A stretch of DNA of 64,000 bases from Heterodontus francisci (lineage: Eukaryota): positions 24,986,001 to 25,050,000 of the forward strand of contig NC_090405.1 of the NCBI RefSeq assembly GCF_036365525.1, read 5' to 3'. Shown piece after piece: positions 36,959 through 49,363 of the stretch. The notes beneath the pieces were generated by a model, which ran no database searches, had not been told where the DNA came from, and saw only the letters and a program-made list of their open reading frames with translations. The translations under genes and the position numbers were made by a program. How positions within the stretch are numbered: the first letter of the stretch is position 1; each line of letters begins with the position of its first letter.

Positions 36959-37683
36959 GTTACTGTCAGGAGGGAATCAGAGATGGAGTTATTGTAACAG
37001 TGGATTGACCTGTTTCGCATACAGACAGTTTGAATTCTGTTTTTTTTCTCTCTCCGGCTTCTCAATGAGAATTTGCTCCCGGAACAGAGTAAATGCAGGA
37101 AGGAAGAGGCCATTCTCGGGCTGTGTGTTTCTCTCCTAACCTGATCTGTTTAGACCGCACTGTTCCCAGAGGACGGAATCTGAGAGTTGCTCACACACGG
37201 GAGCTGAGTCCATTGCAGCGCTTTAATATGTGCCTTCCCCCCGGCCCTCCGTATTCTCCGGACACAAAGCTGTCTAATCCCCCGGCGGCGGGAGAGTCGG
37301 GGATTCTCTCCCCGCAGTGTCAGGGTTTGCAACCCTGGGCAACTGGCGGTTCGAGTCAGTGACCGAGCTGCCTCACCTGTCCTGTGTACCGATTTCCAAG
37401 GGATTCAACTATTAGCGAACTCATTGGGTAATGTTTGTAAATAACCCTCATGTGAACGGAGCTGGCTCCATTAATTCCTTCCAAATAAAACTGGGATCTA
37501 TTTATTTTCCCCAAATGTCAGCTAACGGATCCCAGGAGCAGGGTTGAGATTGTGCTGAACAGCAATGAGTCTCCGGTAATGCTGCTTTCTAAATTCCAGA
37601 TCAGCTCTCAGTCTTCCAGGCCTTTACCAGAAACCATGTGGCCGCCCCTCCAATCTAATGGGTTTGATGATGAACAGAGATGG

Positions 37684-37724
37684 CAGCTCTTTCCTTTGCT
37701 GATTTGGTGGCTCTGAAAAGAGCC
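37684..37724 (-). terminator. Histone stem-loop and downstream element of H3
   Basis: Reverse complement of 37709-37724 is GGCTCTTTTCAGAGCC, followed by ACCAA and GGAAAGAGCTG. Confidence 0.95.
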
Positions 37725-37753
37725 CTTGTTACACTTGTTACTGAAGCCGGGTT

Positions 37754-38221
<468 letters not shown>

Positions 38222-39121
38222 TCACATCCACCTTTTTAAACTCTGTGAGGAACCGCCCTGAGCAGTAATTGGCTGGAACCCGACACCCAGTCAGTTTAAA
38301 CCAAACTCCGATAATGAACAGAAACACAGGAAACTGTTGGCTCCGATTGGCCGATTATTACTGATACATCAATTTTTTAAAAACCGCCAATATCAGTGCC
38401 GGAAACAACGGTTTTGACAAAGGAAAAATTTGCTTTAATTCATCTTATGAACATGATCAGAACATTTCAATGATATTTGTCAGCAAAGATCTTTTACAGC
38501 AAAGATTTTAAACTCTTTCTCTTGTATTATTCTACACTTTGTCACAAGTTCCAGACACACATTTCCAATCCGGTATCTATTCGGGTTTATTCTCCGTCCT
38601 TTTTGAAACAGTCTGTAAGCGGAGGCAGAAAGTCTCATTCACAGCATTCTGCAAGCGGATACATTTCAGATCAATCTTTGTCAAGATACCGCATCACTGA
38701 TTCTAGATTGAACCTATTTGTGGGAGACAAAAGCGGAGAGAAGATTTTTACTGTCAGGTGTTGAAATGTGAGACTGAGGGTTCCTACAACAGCGGGGTTT
38801 CCAGATAATGTACTTATTAATTATTGAGGCCAAGCTTGAACAAGGGAAACAAGTGACTGAGAACTGATGTGTCAGCTTTTATTAACGGAATACAGGAAAG
38901 GGGCCGAATATGAACGCGTCCGAAATCAAAGCGCACTTGGGTCAGTGGTCAGTAATTAATTTACACAGCATTATTAAGTAGAGACACAAAGATCTCACAG
39001 ACAGTGAAAGTGAATTACTCACATATAGCTGGGATAAAACAGATCACAAAGGCAATTAGAAAGTTCCAGACTTTTCATATATAAAAAACAAAACAACCCG
39101 ATACCATAGAGATGAAGTTGT

Positions 39122-39161
39122 AGCTTTTTCAGAGAGATTGTGGGTGGCTCTTAAAAGAGCC
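39122..39161 (-). terminator. Histone stem-loop and downstream element of H2B copy 2
   Basis: Reverse complement of 39146-39161 is GGCTCTTTTAAGAGCC, followed by ACCCA and GAAAAAGCTA. Confidence 0.95.
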
Positions 39162-39198
39162 GTTGTGTTTGGGATGTTTTTCAGTCCATTGTGCAGTT

Positions 39199-39576
39199 TT
39201 ACTTGGAGCTGGTGTACTTGGTCACCGCCTTTGTCCCTTCCGACACGGCGTGCTTGGCCAGCTCCCCGGGCAGCAGCAGGCGCACGGCGGTCTGGATCTC
39301 CCGGGAGCTGATGGTGCTGCGCTTGTTGTAATGGGCCAGGCGGGAAGCCTCACCCGCGATGCGCTCGAAAATATCGTTCACAAACGAGTTCATGATGCTC
39401 ATGGCCTTGGAGGAGATGCCGGTGTCGGGGTGAACCTGCTTCATCACTTTGTAGATGTAGATGGAGTAACTCTCCTTCCTCGACTTTCTCCGCTTCTTGC
39501 CGCCCTTTGCTGACGGTTTACTCACAGTTTTCTTGGCGCCCTTCTTAGCAGCTGCTTTCTTCTTCTCCTCAACCAT
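39199..39576 (-). CDS. H2B: Histone H2B copy 2, 125 aa ([12 protein letters not shown]...KYTSSK)
   Basis: Inverted near-identical copy of 35316-35693. ATG is CAT at 39574-39576. Confidence 0.98.
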   Translation of the reverse strand: MVEEKKKAAAKKGAKKTVSKPSAKGGKKRRKSRKESYSIYIYKVMKQVHPDTGISSKAMSIMNSFVNDIFERIAGEASRLAHYNKRSTISSREIQTAVRLLLPGELAKHAVSEGTKAVTKYTSSK

Positions 39577-39823
39577 CTTCAGTTTCAATTTCAGACACAG
39601 AAATAAACCAAACCCCTTCCGAGTGCGGATTAAATAGACAATCCCACAGCTCTATGCTAATGAGGGATGGGGGAAAGTAAAGATTGTGATTGGATGATTG
39701 GGAGTGATGTCATAAAGGTTTTTTTACTGTAATTCTCTAATTGGTGTTTTTCCCCATCCAATCAGAATAAATATTTGCAACCAATCACAAACACCCTTCC
39801 TGCAATCAGGAAGGATATTTCAT
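39577..39823 (-). promoter_or_regulatory. H2B copy 2 promoter
   Basis: Reverse complement of 35069-35315 with about 2 substitutions. Confidence 0.8.
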
Positions 39824-40162
39824 AAAGACTCTCTCCAAACCCAGTTTATATTGAAAGAGCCGCTGCCCGTGTACACCTCCCTAGAAATGTCCTGGTGTTG
39901 TTGGGAGGACACTTACGTGTCCTTGTGTCTCTGCTATTGCATGTGAGTGTGCAATTAATTCAATTATTTTACTCTCTTTTGTGTTTGAGTGTGTTCTGTC
40001 ATTCGGTAGCTCTCAGTGTCTGGTGCTGTATGGATTCATTCTGTATCCTCAGACTCTGGTACTGTGTGTGAGTTTGACATCCATTCTATATCTGTCAGAC
40101 TCTGGTACTGTGCTTGAGTGTGACATCTATTCTGTCTCTCAGTCTCTGGTAATGTGAGTGTG

Positions 40163-42375
40163 AGGAGATGAGGTGGAGTGTTGTGGCGAGGATGATAGAA
40201 AAGAGCATTGGTGTGATGACACAGCCTTGCTTGAGCCCAGTTTATATTAGCATTGGTTCAGTGGTAGGGCTGTTGGGAAGGATTACAGCTTGCATGTCCT
40301 CATGCAGTCATCGGAGGATGGTGACGAATTTCTCCAGGCAGCCAAATTTGAGGAGGACGTTCCATAATCCCTCTCGGTTGGTAGAGTCGAAGGCCTTTGT
40401 CAGGACAGAGAAGGCCATTTATAAAGGTTGTTGCTGCTCCCTACATTTTCTTGAAGTTGTCTTGCTGTGAAGATTATGTCCACTGTGTCTGTTGATGGAC
40501 AGAATCCACATTGTGATTCCAGTAGGAGGTCTTCAGCCATGGGGAGGAGGCAGTTGATAAGGACTCTTGTGATGACCTTCCCTGTGGTGGACAGCAGGGA
40601 TACCCCTCTGTAGTTACCACAGTCTGTCTTGTCACCTTTTTTTGAAGATGATCACAATTACGGCATCTCAGAGATCCCCTGTCATGCTCTCTTCCTTCCA
40701 GATGAGAGAAATGAGACCATGTATTTGTGTCAAGAGTGCTTCTCTGCCATATTTTAGAATTTCAGTGGGAATTCCATATACGCAAGCGGCCTTATGGATT
40801 TTTAGCTGTCAGTTTGCCTTTTCAGTCTCTGTCAGTCTGGAATTGTGCTGACAGCACGGTGGGTACCATGCATTGGAATGTAGTCAAGGACGGGGGCCCG
40901 TCATTTTACTTATATTTTTAGTTCTTTTTTACATATTTTACAATTTTTTTTCTTTTGTTCATTTCATTTCATTTCATTGTAGTTTGTTCAGTTTGCTTAC
41001 CCACTGATTTTTTTTCATGTTTGTACTTGCTGCTGTTCAATCGTCAGTTCGTTAATACCCTATCTGTACTAATGCTTTGTCTTTCAACACACCATTAACA
41101 TATTGTTTGCCTTTGCTCCATGACCTCTTGGTCAGCTATGTGGCCTTGTCCAATCTACTCTTTCTCCTTTGTTATCTCTTGCCCCACCCCCGGCTTACTT
41201 GCTTATAACCTTTGACATTTCTAATATTTGCCAGTTCCGAAGAAGGGTCACTGACCTGAAACGTTAACTCTGCTTCTCTTTCCACAGATGCTGCCAGACC
41301 TGCTGGGAAACTGTTTAACCTATGTTGCCTCCAGTCCAGATGCAAGGCTATTCCAACCTCTGTCATCGAGCTGCAGTATGCTGATGACGCTGGCATATGC
41401 ACACCCTCAGAGGGCAAGCTTCAAACCCTTATCGATGCATTCACAGAGGCATATGAAATAATTGGCCTTAAGCTAAAGATCCAGAAGACAAAGGTCCTCT
41501 ACCAACCTGCTCCCTGATACTGCCCCCCGACTATCAAGATCCACGGCGAACCACTGGACAATGTGGATCACTGCTCATATCTTGGGAACCTCCTGTCACC
41601 AAGGACAGATATCGACGATGACACTCAGCATCGCCTCCAGTGTGTCAGCGCAGATTTCAGTCATCTGAAGAAAAGAATGTTTGATGACAAAGACCTCAAA
41701 TCAGACACCAAGCTCTTGGTTGACATGGCTGCAGTGTTACCTGCCCTCCTGTATGTGTCAGAAACATAGATACTGTACAGCAGACATCCCAAAGCCCTGG
41801 AGAGATATCACCAGTGGTGCCTCCGCAAGATCCTGCAAATTCAGTTGCAGGACAGGCGCTCCAATATCAGTGTCCTCTCTCAGGCCAACATCCTCAGTAT
41901 CCAGACACTGGTCATGGTGAGTCAGTTATGTTGGGCAGGCTACATTATTCGCATGCCCGACACCAGAGTCCCAAAACAAGCTTTCTACTCTGAGCTCCGT
42001 CAGGGCAAGAGGCTACTAGGAGGGCAGAGCAAACGTTACAAGAATTTCCTTTCAACACTCCCTGAAAAAACGTGACATCTGCACTGATTCATGGGCATCT
42101 CTTGCCTGAGACCACCCAAAATGGAGAAGAAGCATCCGCGAAGGTGCCAGCCAGTTCAAAATTCATCGACATGCCCAGTAAGCAACCAAATGCAAACAGT
42201 GGAAGGAGTACTTGGAAATTGGAGAATCCCATTATCCCACCTCACCAAGCACCATCTGCCCCACCTGTGGCCGAGTGTCTGGATCCAGAATTGGACTATT
42301 CAGTTACCTAAGGACCCACAAACCCTGGAGTGGAAGGAAGTCATCCTCCTTACCGAGGGACTGCCTAAGAAGAAG
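40163..42375. mobile_element. RTE-clade LINE with inverted 5' part (40163-40885, -) and 3' part (41306-42375, +)
   Basis: The minus part encodes RT motifs (NYRGVSLLS, TKAFDS, KQGCV). The plus part has QYADD and YLG, and ends GGGACTGCCTAAGAAGAAG. Confidence 0.8.
40900..41305 (+). mobile_element. PLE 3' UTR / pseudo-LTR fragment with hammerhead-like motif at 41233-41269
   Basis: Diverged match to 15320-15750. Contains AGTTCCGAAGAAGGGTCACTGACCTGAAACGTTAACT. Confidence 0.85.
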
Positions 42376-43865
42376 TTTAGTGTGACATCCATTCTGCATC
42401 TGTCAGTCTCTGGTATTGAGTATGAGTGTGGGATTCATTCATTATCTGTCGGTATCTGGTACTGTGTTTGAGTGCAGTTTTCAGGCTGTATCTATTGGTA
42501 TCTTGTGTGTGAGTTTTGTATTCATCTGTATCTTTTAGCCTCTAACACATTATTTGAGTTTTGCAGTTATTCTGAACTAACCCTTGGTAATGTATGTGTG
42601 TTTGAGATTGACGGTTTACCTGTTAATCTGTTGTACTGCACATGAGTGTGAGATTCATTCTGTATAACTCTATCTCTGTTCCTGTTACGTGTGTGTGATT
42701 CATTTTGTATGCTCCATCTCTGGTATCACATATGTGTGTGGTATCAATTCCATTTCTGTTATTTCTGGTACTGTATGTGAGTGTTTATTTCATTCTGTAA
42801 CTATCAGTCTCTGGCACTGTCTGCACGTTCTGGATCCATTTTGTAACGATCAGTCTCTCGCAGAGTGTGAATGTGGAATTAATTTTGTATCTCTCCATCT
42901 CTAGTGTCATGTGCAAATTTGGAATTCTTTCTGAATTGGTCATTGGCACTGGATCTGCCATTCTCTAGTACAGTTTGTGAATTTGGGATTCATTCTGTAC
43001 CTGTCACTCACTAGTACTTTGTGAAAGTGAGCGATACATTCTGTATCTGCCAGCCTCTGGTAGTGTGTGTGATTGTGGGATGAATTAATTAGCAGTCAGT
43101 GGTGCTCTATGTGAATGTGGAAATCATTCTGTAACTCAGTCTGATATTGTTCTGTGAGGGTGGGAATCACATGTATCTTTCAATTCCTGATGCTGTGTGT
43201 GAGCATGGGATTCATTCTGTCCCTGTCGGTGGCACTGTATATAGCTGTGGGATTAATTCTGTACCTTTCAGTCTCTGGTATTTTGTACGAAAGTGGGATT
43301 AATTCTAGATCCGCCACACACTGGTTGAGTGTGTGTGTGTAAGAAGATAATAAGAGACAAAATAGGAGCAGGAGAAGGCCATTTGGCCCATCGAGCCTGC
43401 TCCGCCATTCAATAAGATCATAGCTGTTCTGATTGTGGCCTTAATTCCACTTTCCTGCCTGCGCCCATGACCATTGACTCCCTTGTAGGTCAAAAATCTA
43501 TCTATCACAGCCTTGAATATATTCAATGACCCAGCCTCCACAATCCTCTGGAGAGCAGAATTCCAAAGATGAACAACCCTCTGAGAGAAGAAATTCCTCC
43601 TCATCTCCTTCTTGAATGGGAGACCACTTATCTTGAAACTGTGGCCCCTAATTCTACATTCCCCCACAAGGAGAAACATCCTCTCAGCATCTACCTGTCC
43701 ATCAACTGAGAATCTTATAGGTTTCAATAAGATCACCTCTCAATCTTCTAAACTCCAGTGAGTATAGGCCCAACCTGCTCAACCTTTTCACATAAGACGG
43801 CACAGTGGCGGCGCAGTGGCCCAACCTGCTCAACCTTTTCACATAAGACGGCACAGCGGCATATA

Positions 43866-44200
43866 GGGTGGCACAGTGGCGCAGTGGTTTGCACCGCAGC
43901 CTCACAGCTCCAGCGACCCGGGTTCAATTCTGGGTACTGCCTGTGTGGAGTTTGCAAGTTCTCCCTGTGTCTGCGTGGGTTTCCTCCCACATGCCAAAGA
44001 CTTGCAGGTTGATAGGTAAATTGGCTGTTAAAAATTGCCCCTAGTATAGGTATGTGGTAGGGAAATATAGCGACAGGTGGGGATGTGGTAGGAATATGGA
44101 ATTAGTGTAGGATTAGTATGGATGGGTGGTTAATGGTCGGCACAGACTCGGTGGGCCGAAGGGCCTGTTTCAGTGCTGTATCTCTAAACTAAACTAAAAA
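43866..44200 (+). mobile_element. V-SINE (HE1-like) with a stuttered 5' junction
   Basis: Same family sequence, tail (CTAAA)n. Confidence 0.88.
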
Positions 44201-44955
44201 TGCCACTCAGCATCACCTCCAGTGTGTCAGCACAGCCTTCAGTTGTCTGAGGAAAAGAATGTTTGATGACAAAGGCCTCAAATCAGACACAAACGCATGG
44301 TTGACATGGCTGCATTGTAACCTGCCCTCCTGTATGTGTCGGAAACACCAACACTGTTCAGCAGACATCTCAAAGCCCTGGAGAGATATCACCAGCGGTG
44401 CTTCCGCAAGATCCTGCAAATTCAGTGGCAGGACAGGCGCTTCCAATATCAGTGTCCTCTCTCAGGCCAACAACCCCAGTATCGAGACACTGTTCATGGC
44501 TAGTCAGTTATGTTGGGTGGGCCACATTATCCGCATGCCTGACACCAGACTTCCAAATCAAGCTTTTTACTCTGAGGTCCGTCAGGGCAAGAGACTACCA
44601 GGAGGGCAGAGGAAACGTTACAAGAATTTCCTTAAAGACTCCCTGAAAAAAAAGTAACATCTCCACTGATTCGTGGACATCTCTTACCTGAGACCACCCA
44701 AAATGGTGAAGAAGCAACCGTGAAGGTGCCAGCCAGTTTGAACAAGGTCGGCATGCCCAGGTAGCAACCAAACGCAAACAGTGGAAGGAGTATTTGGAAA
44801 TTCAAGTATCCCATTCATCCACCTCACCAAACACCATCTGCCCCACCTGTAGCCGAGTGTGTGGATCAAGAATTGGACTATTCAGTTACTTAAGGACCCA
44901 CAACCCTGTAGTGGAAGAAAGTCATCCTTGTTCCCAAGGGACTGCCTAAGAAGAA
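44201..44955 (+). mobile_element. Duplicated RTE 3' fragment
   Basis: Direct paralog of 41619-42375. Confidence 0.85.
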
Positions 44956-45745
44956 GTTTGAGTGTGACATTCATTCTGCATCTGTCAGTCTCTGGTATTG
45001 AGTATGAGTGTGGGATTCATTCTATATTGTCAGTCTCTGGAATTATGTGCGAGTGTGGGATTCATTCTGTATCTGTCGGTCTCCAGTACTGTGTTTGAGT
45101 GTGGCTTTCAGGCTGTATCTTGTGTTTGAGCTTTGTATTCATCTGTATCTTTCAGCCTCCAACACATTAATTGAGTTTGTTAGTCATTCTGAACTGACCC
45201 TTGGTAATGTATATGTGTTTGAGGTTGATATTTTACCTGTTAATCTGTTGTACTGTACATGAGTGTGAGATTCATACTGTATAACTATCTCTGTTCCAGA
45301 ATGTGATTCATTCTGTATGCTCCATCGCTGGTATCACATATGTGTGTGTTATCAATTCCATTTCAGTCATCTCTGGTACTGTATGAGAGTGTTTAATTCA
45401 TTCTGTAATTGTCAGTCTCAGGCACTGTCTGCAAGTTCTGGATCCACTTTGTAACTATCAGTCTCTCGCGGAGTGTGAATGTGGAATTAATTTTGTATCG
45501 GTCCATCTCGAATTTCATGTGTAAATTTGGGATTAATTCTGAATTGTCATTGGTACTGTATCTGTCATTCTCTAGGACAGTTTATGAATTTGGGATTCAT
45601 TCTGTACCTGTCACTCAATTTGTGAAAGTGTGAGATAGATTCTGTATCTGTCAGCCTCTGTAGTGTGTATGATTGTGGGATGAATTAATTAGCCGTCAGT
45701 GGTGCTCTATGTGAATGTGGAAATCATTCTGTAACTCAGTCTGAT

Positions 45746-46101
45746 ATTTTTTTTAGATTAGAGATACAGCACTGAAACAGGCCCTTCGGCCCACCGAGTC
45801 TGTGCTGACCAGCAGCCACCCATGTATACTAATCCTACACTAATCCCATATTCCTACCAAACATCCCCATCTGTCCCTATATTTCCCTACCACCTACCTA
45901 TACTAGTGACAATTTATAATGGCCAATTTACCTACCAACCTGCAAGTCTTTTGGCTTATGGGAGGAAACCGGAGCACCCGGAGAAAACCCACGCAGACAC
46001 AGGGAGAACTTGCAAACTCCACACAGGCAGTACCCAGAATCGAACCCGGGTCCCTGGAGCTGTGAGGCTGCAGTGCTAACCACTGCGCCACTGTGCCGCC
46101 C
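45746..46101 (-). mobile_element. V-SINE (HE1-like)
   Basis: Same family sequence; empty site at ~43146. Confidence 0.88.
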
Positions 46102-46309
46102 TAATTGTTCTGTGAGGGTGGGAATCACATGTTTTTTTCAATCCCTGGTGCTGTGTGTGAGCATGGGATTCATTCTGTACCTGTCACTGGTACTGCGTGC
46201 ATCTGTGGGATTAATTCTATACCTTTCAGTCACTGCAATTGTGGATGAAAGTGGGATTCATTCTAGGTCCACCACACACTGGTTGAATGTGTGTGTGCAA
46301 GAAGATAAG

Positions 46310-47395
46310 AAGATACAAAATAGGAGCAGGAGAAGACCATTTGGCCCATCGAGCCTGCTCCGCCATTCAATAAGATCATAGCTGTTCTGATTGTGGCCTT
46401 AATTCCACTTTCCTGCCTGCGCCCAAAACCATTGACTCCCTTGTAGATCAAAAATCTGTCTGTCACAGCCTTGAATATATTCAATGACCCAGCCTCCACA
46501 GTCCTCTGGGGAACAGAATTCCAAACATGAACAACCCTCTGAGAGAAGAAATTCCTCCTCATCTCCTTCTTGAATGGGAGACCACTTATCCTGAAACTGT
46601 GGTCCCTAATTCTACTTTTCCCCACAAGTAGAAATATCTTCTCAGCATCTCCCCGGCCAGCAACTGAGAATCTTGTAGGTTTCCAGAAGATCAACTCTCA
46701 ATGTTCTAAACTCCAGTGAGTATAGGCCCAACTTGCTCAACTTTTTCTCATATGACAATCCAACATCCCAGGAATCAGCCTAGTGAACCTTCTCTGAACT
46801 GATTCCAATGCAAGTATATCCCTCCTTAAGTAAGGAGACCAAAACTGTGTGGAGTTGGGATGTCACTAATGCCCTGTAAAGTTATAGCAAAACTTCCTTA
46901 CTTTGATACTCCGTTCCCCTTGCTAAAAATACCAACATTCCATTTGCCTTCCTAATTACTTGCTCTACCTTCATGCTAACTTTTTTGTAATTCATGTACC
47001 TGGACACCCAGATTCCTTGGTACAGCAGCATTCTGCAGTCTGTCACTGTGTAAATAATATTCTGTTTTTCTATTCTACCTGCCTAAGTAGACAATCTCAC
47101 ATTTTCCCATATTATACTCCATCTGCCAAACGTTTGCCCGCTGACTTAACCTATCTATATCTCTTTGCAGACACATTGTGTCCTCCTCACAACTTGTTTT
47201 CCTACCTATCTTTGTACCATCCATAAATTTGGCAACAGTACACTCAGTCCCTTCATGCAAGTTATTAATATAGACCATAAATAGTTGAGGCCCCAGCACT
47301 GATCCCTGTGACATTCCATTAGTTACAGTTTGCCAATCTGAAAATGCTCCATTTATCCCCACTCTGTTTTCTGTGAGTTAGCCATTCCCATATCC
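46310..47395 (-). mobile_element. Old CR1 3' fragment (palindrome-arm counterpart of 33130-34228)
   Basis: [17 protein letters not shown]; FFSQRVVHVWNS. Confidence 0.85.
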
Positions 47396-48144
47396 ATGTG
47401 CGTGTAGTTTTCAGTTTGTATCTGTCAGTGCCTGGTACTCTATGTGAGTTTTGGACTCATTCTCAATGTCTCACTGCAACTATTTGTGTGTTAGGTTGCT
47501 TTAGATGACTCAGGCTGCGATACTGTGAGTGAGTGCAGTAATCAACCTATAACTTTCAGCATCTGGCACTGAGCATGTGTATCAGAATCACTCTGTATCT
47601 GTCAGTATCTGGTACTCTGTGTGAGTGGGGGATTCATGATATAACCTTCCGTCCCTGGGACTGTTTGCAAGTCTGGATTCATTCTACATAAAATGTCAGC
47701 AATGCAACAGGCCACAGATGTGATAGGTTTTAAGCAGACAATATGTTTGAGGTTTTACCTGATATTAAATATCTGTCACTGTGAACACAATAGTGAAAGA
47801 TAATGTATCCTTCAATCTGATACAGGATTGGTGTGCAAGTGTAACTCAGGCTGTACTAATCAATTTGATCAGTGCCATTCAGTCTGACTGTGAGTGAGAA
47901 TCTTGGACTTGCATGTAAAATGAACTCAATCTGGAATTGTACAGTATCTTCCAACTGACACAGTATGAGGTTTTCGGACTGGTATGTTATTTATAGCTCA
48001 GACTACACAAATCAAATTTATATTGTAACTTTTATTTTCATAATCCAGATGAGTTTTAATGTATATGTCTGGACACATTATGGCAATTAATACTGATAAA
48101 CTCAGAACGTGTTGGGCTGGTATTTAACTTGAATCTCAGAGTAT

Positions 48145-48484
48145 ATTTTTATATTATTTAGAGATACAGCATTGAAACAGGCCCTTCGGCCCACTGAGTC
48201 TGTGCCAACCAACAACCACCCATTTATCCTAATCCTACATTAATCCCATATTCTCTCCCACATCCCCACCATTCTCCTACCACCTACCTACACTGGGGGC
48301 AATTTACAATGGCCAATTAATCTATCAACCTGCAAGTCTTTGGAGGTGGGAGGAAACCGGAGCAGCCGGCGGAAACCCACGCAGACACAGGGAGAACTCG
48401 CAAACTCCGCACAGGCAGTACCCAGAACTGAACCCGGGGGTCGCTGGAACTGTGAGGCTGCGGTGATAACCACTGTGCCGCCCA
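48145..48484 (-). mobile_element. V-SINE (HE1-like)
   Basis: Same family sequence. Confidence 0.88.
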
Positions 48485-49108
48485 TAAACACACATAATGC
48501 CTCCATTATTGAGGTTAATTCTGTAACTTTGAAACGGGAACCATAATTTGTAGCTGAGGTTGCACTATCGTGGGATTGGCACAGTGATAATTTGATAGTT
48601 GGGTGAGAATTTGGACTGGGATTTATGAATCTACCTGTCAGTGGTACTGAGTTGGGGTGACATGGAAACAACGTCTGTCTCTCCTGCTCTGTTTGATTGA
48701 GGGATTGAAAATGTGTCTCTGGATCTATTTCTGCTGTCTGAGACTGTGGAACTGATGACCTGTCTGTGTCTCTGCGCTCTGTGAGTGATAATGTACGGAC
48801 TGTGTGTGAGAAGGAGCTGGTGACACTCTTCCTTGTAACTTGGGTGGAGGAAACATCACATTTATTCTGGTTCATTCAATTATTTGCCTGTTTGAACAAA
48901 AGTATGTTTATAACTGAAATACAGGGAAGGTAGAACATGCAGGATTTTAAAGAATTTAATCTCTCAAATAATAATGATGAACGCCCGCAAAGGAAGCCCA
49001 GCCATACAAATATTATCATTGTTTGACTGCACTGCAGTAACAGGTTCTTCCCATTCCGTCTCCTTTCCCTGTCCACACACAGCCCGAGAATGGCCTCTCC
49101 CTTCCCCC

Positions 49109-49363
49109 ACTCACTCCATGTTCCGGGACCTGTTCCTGCTCCATTCCACCTCTTACAAACAGCCCCCGCCTCCCCCTGAACTTGCCCCGGACTCGATGCT
49201 GATCTCTGAGTCCATCTGCGGACACGCTCCCAAAGCGATGTGCTGCTGGAAGGAGGCTGCTGTTTGCTCCCTTTCCCCGGGACTGGGATCTCTCCATTCG
49301 CGGCTGTTTTAAACCATCTCCTTCCGCTCACAGGCGGTGCTGGGGGAGGGGAGCGCAGGCGCA
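49109..49363 (-). promoter_or_regulatory. Inverted copy of the CpG promoter / candidate first exon
   Basis: Same motifs; ATGGA|GTGAGT at 49119-49109. Confidence 0.55.

Larger units (their letters stand above)
39940..47690 (+). repeat. 46-bp degenerate minisatellite blocks (39940-40160, 42378-43335, 44958-46295, 47400-47690) interrupted by TEs
   Basis: Same motif as 565-2815. Confidence 0.75.
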
